A stretch of DNA of 64,000 nucleotides from Candidatus Nanopelagicales bacterium (lineage in GTDB: Bacteria; Actinomycetota; Actinomycetes; S36-B12; UBA10799): contig JAWKJM010000003.1 in NCBI GenBank assembly GCA_041393775.1, positions 187,185 through 251,184 of the forward strand. Reading direction: 5' to 3'. Made by a program: the position numbers and the translations under genes. This document shows, piece by piece, positions 10,197-17,195 of the stretch (its first letter is position 1; every line of letters starts with the position of its first letter). Below the pieces are notes generated by a model that saw only the letters and a list, made by a program, of their open reading frames with translations, ran no database searches and was not told where the DNA came from.

Positions 10197-11147
10197 TCAC
10201 GCCACCAGGTACGACGCCGTCACGGCGAGGAACGCCAGAACGAACGAGCCGGCCAGGAGCTCGGGGACCCGGAACAGCCGCACCTTGGCCAGGAACACCT
10301 CCGCTGCGGCGACCAGCGCACCTGCGAGGAGAACCTTGGCGGTCACCGCCGCCGTGCCCACCAGGACGGCGAACGCCGTGGCCTCGGTGGCGACCCCCCA
10401 GGGGAGCAGCAGGTTCACGACCAGCCCCAGCAACGCGGTCAGCCGCAGCCAGGACCCGAGCTCGAGCCAGCCCAGGTCTCGTCCTGCGCTCTCCAGCACC
10501 ATGGCCTCGTGCACCATCGTCAGCTCGAGGTGAGTGGCGGGGTTGTCGACCGGCAATCGGCCTGTCTCGGCCAGCACGACCAGCACCAGCGCCACGATGG
10601 CCAGAAGGCTCACAGGAGAGACCACCGAGGCCGGGTCGTCGATCCTGGCGGCTACGATCGCCGACAGCGCAGAGGTCCCCACCGGGATGGACAGGGCATA
10701 GACGGCCACGAGCACGGTCGGCTCCACGAGTCCCGCGATCGTCATGTGCCGACTGGACCCCATGCCGCCGAAGGCCGTCCCTGACTCGAGCCCGAGCAGG
10801 GCCAGCGCAACCGTCCCGACCAGCAGCACGGACACGACCACGAACAGGTCGTCCGGCACGAGCCGCATCGTCGGTGTCCCGACGAGGGGGACGAGGGCGC
10901 AGACGAGAAGGCTGGACACCACGAGCACCAGCGGCGTCGCGGACAGAAGCGGACCTGAGCCGGCGGCTCGCATGGGCTCCTTGCGCAGCAGCTTGCGGAC
11001 GTCCCTCCACGGCTGCGCCACCCCGGCGCCGACGCGGCCCTCCATGCGCGCACGCACCTGTCGCATGACACCGACCAGGACAGGCGTGAGGAGCACCGCC
11101 ACCGCTACCTGGGCAGCCACGATAAAGCCAAGCTCGACGGTCACCAC
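10197..11147 (-). CDS. hycD: NuoH/HycD-like membrane subunit
   Basis: 316-aa polytopic protein; GTG start 11147 overlaps the upstream stop (GTGGTGA). Confidence 0.8.
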   Translation of the reverse strand: MVTVELGFIVAAQVAVAVLLTPVLVGVMRQVRARMEGRVGAGVAQPWRDVRKLLRKEPMRAAGSGPLLSATPLVLVVSSLLVCALVPLVGTPTMRLVPDDLFVVVSVLLVGTVALALLGLESGTAFGGMGSSRHMTIAGLVEPTVLVAVYALSIPVGTSALSAIVAARIDDPASVVSPVSLLAIVALVLVVLAETGRLPVDNPATHLELTMVHEAMVLESAGRDLGWLELGSWLRLTALLGLVVNLLLPWGVATEATAFAVLVGTAAVTAKVLLAGALVAAAEVFLAKVRLFRVPELLAGSFVLAFLAVTASYLVA

Positions 11148-13144
11148 GTCACCGCCAGCAGCACGACGACCAGTGCGCCGAAGGAGAAGGCGAGGTAGCG
11201 GTGGATGCTGCCGTTCTGGATGCGTCGCGCGATGGTGCCGAGACGCTCCAGCGTTGCCACCACGGGTGTGTAGGCCCGCTCCTCCACCACGTCTACGAGT
11301 TGTTGATGGAACTCCACGCGCTGTACCAGGTAGCGGGACTCCTCGGCATGGCCAACCGTCACGTCACGACTCGGCTGGAGCGCGTCGTCGAAGACCCGGA
11401 CGAGCGGCTCGGCGTAGGAGGTGGCTGTGTACTGCATGCGCGGGCTCAGCCGTACCCCGCCGCAACCCCAGGCCAGGTCGACGTCTCGGCGCGGCCTACG
11501 ACGGGCCAGCCGGGCCTGGACGACCCCGACCGGCACCGCCACGGCTGCCGCGAGCAGCAGCAGTGCGACAGGGTCGAGCAGCGCGTCCGCGGCCGGGAGA
11601 TCCAGCCCGAGCAGGCCCACGGTGCCGATGCCCTCAGCGCCGACGGCGGCACCGAGTGCCGAGGCCACTGGTCCCGGAGCGAGTCCGAGAGCGATCACGC
11701 CGGCCGCGCCTGCCGCCATCGCTGCGCGCATCGAGACCGACGCCTCATGGGCGTTAGCAGCGCCGTCAGAGCGTGGCCGGGCCAAGAACGCGATGCCGTA
11801 GGCCTTGACGAAGGTCAACAACGCCAGCCCGGCCGTCAGGGCGACCACCGCAACCGTCACCGGCAGGGCCACGGCGACGAGACGGTCTACTTGCCCATCC
11901 CCATGGATGAGCGACTGCAGCAGCGTCCACTCGGCGACGAACCCCGACGAGACTGGAAGTGCGGCCGCCCCCACTGCCGCGACTGCGAACACCGCCGACG
12001 TCGTCGGCATAGCACGACCCAGACCCCCCATCCGGTCCAGGTCACGTTCACCCGTGCCGTGCAGCACTGACCCGGCTCCCATGAAGAGCGAGGTCTTGAA
12101 GGCAGCGTGGCTCACCACGAGAAGGAGGGCAGCAACCCAGGCGATGTCGGCGACCTGGTCCTGCCCCGCGTCACGAAGCAGCATCGCGACGGCCACGGCC
12201 GTCACCATCAGCCCGACGTTCTCGGTGGTCGAGTATGCGAGGAGTCGCTTGAGGTCGCTGGTCACCGACGCCTGCAGGATGCCGAACAGGGCAGACGCCG
12301 CCCCGAGTACCAGCAGCAGCACCGCCCACCAGCGTGGCCCTGCGGGCAGCAGTCGCACGACCACCAGCAGCACGCCGTAGACACCCATCTTCACCATGGC
12401 GGCACTCATCGCCGCAGACACGTGGCTCGGCGCCTCCGGGTGGGCCCGCGGCAGCCACACGTGCATCGGCACCAGACCCGCCTTGGTGCCGAAACCCAGC
12501 ACCAGCAGCACGAAAGCCGTGCTCGTGGCCGCACTCGACGTCCCGGCAGGGTCGGCGAAGGACGTGCCACCCGCCGATGACGCCAGCACTGCGAACCCGG
12601 CGAGCAGAAGCACGAAGCTCAGGTGCGTCATGCCGGCGTACCACACTGCCGCCGACCGCACCTGAGGGCGAGCAGTGTGGTCTGCCAGCAGCAGCACGCT
12701 CGACCCGACAGCCATCACCTCCCACGCCAGCAGGAACGACACCGAGTCGGCGGCAGCCGGCACCATCTGCATGCCGAGCAGGAACACCACGAAGGCCGTC
12801 CAGCCCGTCCGGGACGCGGCTGGGCCGTGGGCATAGCCGATGCCGTAGATGGCGGCCAGCGCTCCGACGCCACCGGCCACGACCATGAAGACGCCGCCGA
12901 GCCGGTCCGGCGCGAGCACCAGCGGGTCGAGAGGCAGTTGCACCGGCAGGGATACGGGGATCTGCAACCGTCCTCGGTCACCCAGCAGCGCCATCAGCCC
13001 GGTCACGACGCCGGACAACCCCAGCGCAGCGGCCGCCGTGCCGGCGGCGACCGATCTCACCCGCGGGCGCGGGAGTACGGCGGCCAGCACGGCGACAACG
13101 GCGAGCACGGGCTGGGCGACCAGCCCGGCGGTGACCGGGCTCAC
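11141..13144 (-). CDS. NuoL/HyfB-like antiporter subunit
   Basis: Polytopic with GLVPMHVWLPRAHPEAPSHVSA motif; GTG 13144 overlaps the TGA of the small-subunit gene. Confidence 0.85.
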   Translation of the reverse strand: MSPVTAGLVAQPVLAVVAVLAAVLPRPRVRSVAAGTAAAALGLSGVVTGLMALLGDRGRLQIPVSLPVQLPLDPLVLAPDRLGGVFMVVAGGVGALAAIYGIGYAHGPAASRTGWTAFVVFLLGMQMVPAAADSVSFLLAWEVMAVGSSVLLLADHTARPQVRSAAVWYAGMTHLSFVLLLAGFAVLASSAGGTSFADPAGTSSAATSTAFVLLVLGFGTKAGLVPMHVWLPRAHPEAPSHVSAAMSAAMVKMGVYGVLLVVVRLLPAGPRWWAVLLLVLGAASALFGILQASVTSDLKRLLAYSTTENVGLMVTAVAVAMLLRDAGQDQVADIAWVAALLLVVSHAAFKTSLFMGAGSVLHGTGERDLDRMGGLGRAMPTTSAVFAVAAVGAAALPVSSGFVAEWTLLQSLIHGDGQVDRLVAVALPVTVAVVALTAGLALLTFVKAYGIAFLARPRSDGAANAHEASVSMRAAMAAGAAGVIALGLAPGPVASALGAAVGAEGIGTVGLLGLDLPAADALLDPVALLLLAAAVAVPVGVVQARLARRRPRRDVDLAWGCGGVRLSPRMQYTATSYAEPLVRVFDDALQPSRDVTVGHAEESRYLVQRVEFHQQLVDVVEERAYTPVVATLERLGTIARRIQNGSIHRYLAFSFGALVVVLLAVTW

Positions 13145-13632
13145 CGCCCGGTGACCTGACGCAGCGCGGCCACGATCTGGTCGGGCTCCGGCGGGCATCC
13201 CGGCACGGTCAGGTCTACGGGGACCACGTCGTCGACGGCGCCGGCCACACCGTAGCCCCCTGCGAAGGCTCCGCAGTCGCGGGCACAGTCCCCCACCGCC
13301 AGCACCACTCGAGGCCGTGGGGTCGCGTCCACCGTGCGTCGCAGCGGCTCGGCCATGTTTCTCGTCACGACCCCTGTGACAAGGACGACGTCGGCGTGCC
13401 GAGGCGAGGCAACCAGCCGAGCCCCGAAGCGCTCGACGTCGTAGACCGGCCCGAACGCCGCTCCCACCTCGATCTCGCAGCCGTTGCAGGAGCCGGCATC
13501 GACGTGACGCACCTGCACGCTGCCCCGCAACTCCCCCGGAGGCTCAAACCCCGCCTGCTTCGGCGTCGTCGGAGCCGCCTCGGCCACGCGACCGGTGCGC
13601 TGGATCAGCCGGGCCAGGCTCCAGCTGCTCAC
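13141..13632 (-). CDS. NuoB/HycG-like [4Fe-4S] small subunit
   Basis: GSCNGCE, GDCARDCG and PGCPP cysteine motifs; GTG 13632 overlaps the ArsR gene's stop. Confidence 0.85.
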   Translation of the reverse strand: MSSWSLARLIQRTGRVAEAAPTTPKQAGFEPPGELRGSVQVRHVDAGSCNGCEIEVGAAFGPVYDVERFGARLVASPRHADVVLVTGVVTRNMAEPLRRTVDATPRPRVVLAVGDCARDCGAFAGGYGVAGAVDDVVPVDLTVPGCPPEPDQIVAALRQVTGR

Positions 13633-13976
13633 GACGGCCGACCTCGGGTCGGCGCCAACTCATGCTTGAGGGCGTCCTGGTCGGCGATCATCTGGCTGAG
13701 CAGTCGACGTGCCGCCAGCAGCAGCTCGCGCGTCTCGGGGACCAGCAATGAGTACACGACCTCGCCCCCAACTCTTTGCTGGCGGACGAGACCAGCGCGC
13801 CGCAGAACCGCAAGCTGCTGGGACAGACTGCTCGGCTCCATCTTCAGCTCGACCAGCAACTCGTGGACGGCGTGATCCCGCTCGCTTAGCAGCTCGAGCA
13901 CCCTGATCCGCGCGGGGTGCCCGAGAGCGCGGAACAACTCGGCCTTGGTCTCGTACAGAGGGACTGGCACGCTCAC
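13629..13976 (-). CDS. ArsR/SmtB-family transcriptional regulator (Rv0081-like position)
   Basis: ELFRALGHPARIRVLELL winged-HTH motif; start placed at GTG 13976, 5 nt after GGAAGG (the ORF extends to 14006). Confidence 0.8.
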   Translation of the reverse strand: MSVPVPLYETKAELFRALGHPARIRVLELLSERDHAVHELLVELKMEPSSLSQQLAVLRRAGLVRQQRVGGEVVYSLLVPETRELLLAARRLLSQMIADQDALKHELAPTRGRPS

Positions 13977-13991
13977 GCTCGCCTTCCGACT

Positions 13992-14005
13992 TGAACAACT
14001 GTTCA
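13992..14005. promoter_or_regulatory. 6-2-6 perfect inverted repeat TGAACA-AC-TGTTCA; candidate ArsR-type operator
   Basis: Palindrome lies 16-29 nt upstream of the proposed ArsR start codon; its half-site resembles SmtB/ArsR-type operators. Confidence 0.35.
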
Positions 14006-14164
14006 CATGCTAACATAGTCAATCTACGCGACGTTCGGGGCTGATTCACGGCGACGAGCCCTCCGGCACCGAGTTCTCCCGTCGCGCCCACATCCCCAGG
14101 CGCGTGGTCCACAGATGAGCCCGGTGCACGGGCCGGCACGGCACACCGGCCCCACCCTGTCCCT

Positions 14165-14421
14165 GTGAGGGGAGCACCGACCGTGGAGACCAGCCCGCTG
14201 AGCGTCCCCGCGTCGACCGACGCCGGCGTGCACGACGCCCGCCTCCACGACGCGCGCCACACCGCCGCCACCATCATGCTCGCCATGGGCGTGCCAGCCC
14301 GGGCCGTCATCAGATCCTCGGGCACAGCCAGACCACCCTCACCCTCGGCACCTACAGCCACGTCGAACCCGGGCTCGCCAGCGAAGCCGCCCAGCGCATC
14401 GGCCGCGCTCTTTGGGGCTGA
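14165..14421 (+). pseudogene. Decayed C-terminal remnant of a tyrosine integrase
   Basis: RLHDARHTAATIMLAMGVPARAV continues in another frame as QILGHSQTTLTLGTYSHV...ALWG-stop. This implies a frameshift near 14305-14315; the N-terminal ~250 aa are missing. Confidence 0.7.
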
Positions 14422-14499
14422 TAGCACACAAAATGGCACGCAACCGCTGAGCCAAAAACTGCGACCTCGGCATTGCCGCAGGTCAGAGGCCTGAAATCG

Positions 14500-14542
14500 G
14501 AGCCGCCTCCGAGAATCGAACTCGGGACCTACGCATTACGAG
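14500..14542. repeat. att direct repeat (distal copy; duplicate of the tRNA-Thr 3' half)
   Basis: 43/43 identical to 23252..23294. Confidence 0.95.
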
Positions 14543-14728
14543 GCTTCCTAACGGCGTTCCGGTGGGTGTCTGGGCTCTACGTTCATGAGGAACCAACGGT
14601 GTTTCTGTTCCTCGGGTGCTCCCTAGTTGTCCAGGGTTAGTGACCTTTTTGTGACTCCCTACGACCCACGCGACCGCCCTCTCCCACTCCACCGACCTAG
14701 CAGCCGACGTTCTCGCTCAATGACGGAT

Positions 14729-15082
14729 CTAGCCCCGTGGGCTGTAGTTGCGGCGGAACCCGCCCCGGGACTGCGGTCGTTTCCCGGTCACCGGGTCAGG
14801 CATCCTCAGTACGCCGAGCAGGCGGACCAGAAGCGCCCGGAAGGTGCGGATCTGCGCTAGGCCCGGATGGGCACGCAGTCCATCCGGGCCCTGGACCATC
14901 AGGGCGTCGTCAACACTGGCATGCAGCTCGTCCAGGTGGTCCGCGACCCTGCACGCCTCCAGCAGCACGCGACGCATGGGGTTGTATTCGTCTTTGAGTG
15001 CCTCGTCGCGGCCGAGGCAGGCAGCCCACAACTCACGTCCCGAGGTGCCCAGGTCAGGCGGCGGGCTGACACGTCGGCCCAT
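14729..15082 (-). CDS. P27-family terminase small subunit-like protein
   Basis: Pattern ...GRELWAACL...LLEACRVADHLDELHASV...GLRAHPGLAQIRTFRALLVRLLGVLRMP matches my recollection of actinophage P27-type TerS; GAGGAGG RBS. Confidence 0.45.
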   Translation of the reverse strand: MGRRVSPPPDLGTSGRELWAACLGRDEALKDEYNPMRRVLLEACRVADHLDELHASVDDALMVQGPDGLRAHPGLAQIRTFRALLVRLLGVLRMPDPVTGKRPQSRGGFRRNYSPRG

Positions 15083-15347
15083 GAGCCGGTGACCTCCTCA
15101 AACCCGGGGTTCAGACAAATTCAGGTCTGCGAACTGCGAGCGACCTACCCCCGCGGAGTGGCGCCCCCACCCGGGGAGGGGGTGGGTCCGGTGGGGTGCC
15201 GGGGGGCCAGGCCGTTTCGGTCCGGCCCCCCGGGTGCCGTCGGCGGTACCCGGGCCCCGTGGTGGAAAGGACAAACACCGAGGCCCCCGGGTTCCCGACG
15301 GCGTGGGCCCGGCGCCGCGTGTTCCACTCACGCGACGCCGTGTGGTT

Positions 15348-15512
15348 TCAGAAGGTGTCCTCGTTCTCGCCGTCGGGTGCGCCCATGGGTACCCAGTGGC
15401 CCAGGGCGATCTGTTCTTCGAGCAGTCGTTGGGCTTCGGGTTTGCGGTCGACGCCGTCGACGTCGATGAGGTGGACGGCGCCGTTGCGGCCGCGGAACCA
15501 TTGCGGGGTCAT
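15348..15512 (-). CDS. Hypothetical small protein (54 aa), below the ORF-track cutoff
   Basis: ATG preceded by GAAGGAG; G/C-rich third positions; MTPQWFRGRNGAVHLIDVDGVDRKPEAQRLLEEQIALGHWVPMGAPDGENEDTF. Confidence 0.55.
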   Translation of the reverse strand: MTPQWFRGRNGAVHLIDVDGVDRKPEAQRLLEEQIALGHWVPMGAPDGENEDTF

Positions 15513-15542
15513 GTGTGCTCCTTCGGATTCTCGGTGGGGGGG

Positions 15543-16301
15543 TTAGCGTGCCCGCCGGGCGGCGTCGCCGGCGGCGTCGCCGGTCCGGTGGCGTTTGCGG
15601 GGCGGGCGTACGACGCCGCGATGCGTGCTGTCGGGCGCCGCGGGCTGGTCCGGCGCCGCGGGCGGTGGGGGCGCGTCGGGGCCGCGGCGGTGCAGGTAGG
15701 CCGTGACGCTGGCCATGGAGTCGAGCAGCGCGGCGCCACCGGCGAAGCCCTCGAACGGCATCGCGTCGCCGTCGGCCACGGCGAGCCCGCCGTAGTCGAC
15801 CGTCCGGGCCCCCGCGAGTTGCCGGGTGTGGAACGCCTGCATGCTGGCCGCACGCACCCAGCGGGCTTGTGCGGCGGTCAGCACGGCCAGCGCGTCGACG
15901 ACGTCCTGGCGGCGGGTCTGGCACTCCTGCGCCCAGCGGCGGGACTCGGCAGCGGCCGCCGTGCGCAGCTCGGCCTCCAGCCCGCCGGACAGCCATTCCA
16001 GGGCCAGGGCCCGGGCGTGGGCGGCCTCGTTCTGCCGGGCTACCTCCACGGCGTGTTCACGCTGGTCGATGTCGTCGTCGACGGACTGCGGGTCGTCGCC
16101 GTTGCGCACGGCGTCGGCGCGGGCGGCGTCGGCGCGCACCTTCGCCGCCTCGACGGCGCGGACCAGCGGGGCCACCGCGGCCTCGGCGTCGGCCAGGGCG
16201 GCCTGCATGGCGGTGAACTTCTCGACATGGGCGCGCAACGGTTCGGGGAACGCGTAGCCGGGCGGAAGCGTGATGTCGCGGGCGTTCTGGTGTCTCATCA
16301 C
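15543..16301 (-). CDS. Hypothetical protein, Ala-rich and predicted coiled-coil
   Basis: 252-aa ORF; its start overlaps the upstream stop (ATGA). Confidence 0.6.
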   Translation of the reverse strand: MMRHQNARDITLPPGYAFPEPLRAHVEKFTAMQAALADAEAAVAPLVRAVEAAKVRADAARADAVRNGDDPQSVDDDIDQREHAVEVARQNEAAHARALALEWLSGGLEAELRTAAAAESRRWAQECQTRRQDVVDALAVLTAAQARWVRAASMQAFHTRQLAGARTVDYGGLAVADGDAMPFEGFAGGAALLDSMASVTAYLHRRGPDAPPPPAAPDQPAAPDSTHRGVVRPPRKRHRTGDAAGDAARRAR

Positions 16302-16519
16302 CGGCCCGCCTTCCGTGCGGCGTCACGGATCTCGTCGGCGGTGGCGAACCGCTCCCCGGCCGCCTCGAACGGCAGTGGGGCGCGCCCGGACTTCAGTACC
16401 TGGAACTGGCCGAGCCGGTTGGCGTCGACGCGTTGCTGGTCGTCCATGGCGAGCATCTGCTCGCGGGTCAGTTGCGGCGGGATGGCCCCGTCGGGCCGGT
16501 AGTAGTTGTCTTCTTCCAT
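16298..16519 (-). CDS. Hypothetical protein
   Basis: 73-aa ORF with AAGGAGAAG RBS. Confidence 0.6.
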   Translation of the reverse strand: MEEDNYYRPDGAIPPQLTREQMLAMDDQQRVDANRLGQFQVLKSGRAPLPFEAAGERFATADEIRDAARKAGR

Positions 16520-16620
16520 CGGTTCTTCTCCTTGTCGAGGTTGCGTGTGATGGATCGGGCGAATGTCTCGTCATGGGGTGGCCGCGGCCTGTCGCGGCCG
16601 TAGGTGCGTCTGGGCATTGA

Positions 16621-16782
16621 TCACCCCCCTCCGGTGCCGTCGTAGGCGGGGTCGGTCAGTCCGGGGATCCGGTCGAGGGGATCACGGTGATCCGGGCAGT
16701 AGCCGCCGAGCGGCCAGGGACCGAGGAACGGGCACGCGGGCTCCGCACACCGGCGGATCGGCAGTGCGTCTCGAAGGGTCAT
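16621..16782 (-). CDS. Hypothetical Cys-rich small protein (53 aa), possible zinc ribbon
   Basis: ATGA overlap with the upstream gene; CAEPAC...CPDH spacing; below the ORF-track cutoff. Confidence 0.5.
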   Translation of the reverse strand: MTLRDALPIRRCAEPACPFLGPWPLGGYCPDHRDPLDRIPGLTDPAYDGTGGG

Positions 16783-17195
16783 AGTTCGTCGTCCTCCTCA
16801 GGTGACATGTACGGGGTGGGCCGGGGGACCGGGGTCCCTTGCCCGTTCTCGAGGCGGGGCCACGGAACGAGCGCGTAGATCCCCGCTTTCCCGGCGAGCG
16901 GCAAGCCGCGCTGGACGGCCTTGGTCGCGGCGAGCGGGGTCGCGAACGGTCCGAGGATCAGCGGCCGCCGGGAGTTCTCGAGGACCAGGACCACGACGTA
17001 CCGAGGACGATCGGAGTCGCGAGCCGACAGGATCCGTGCGGCGATCGCCTCGGCGGTCTTCGGATGGATCTCGGCCCCAACGAACTCGCGTACCGCTTCG
17101 TGCGCCGCGTCACAGTGGGCCTTGAGCACGCGGGTATCCAGCAACGGGCCCACCCGGTACGGCACTCCATTGGCGGGAGCAGTAGAAGTTGTCAC
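16779..17195 (-). CDS. Hypothetical protein
   Basis: 138-aa ORF, coupled at both ends to its neighbours. Confidence 0.6.
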   Translation of the reverse strand: MTTSTAPANGVPYRVGPLLDTRVLKAHCDAAHEAVREFVGAEIHPKTAEAIAARILSARDSDRPRYVVVLVLENSRRPLILGPFATPLAATKAVQRGLPLAGKAGIYALVPWPRLENGQGTPVPRPTPYMSPEEDDEL

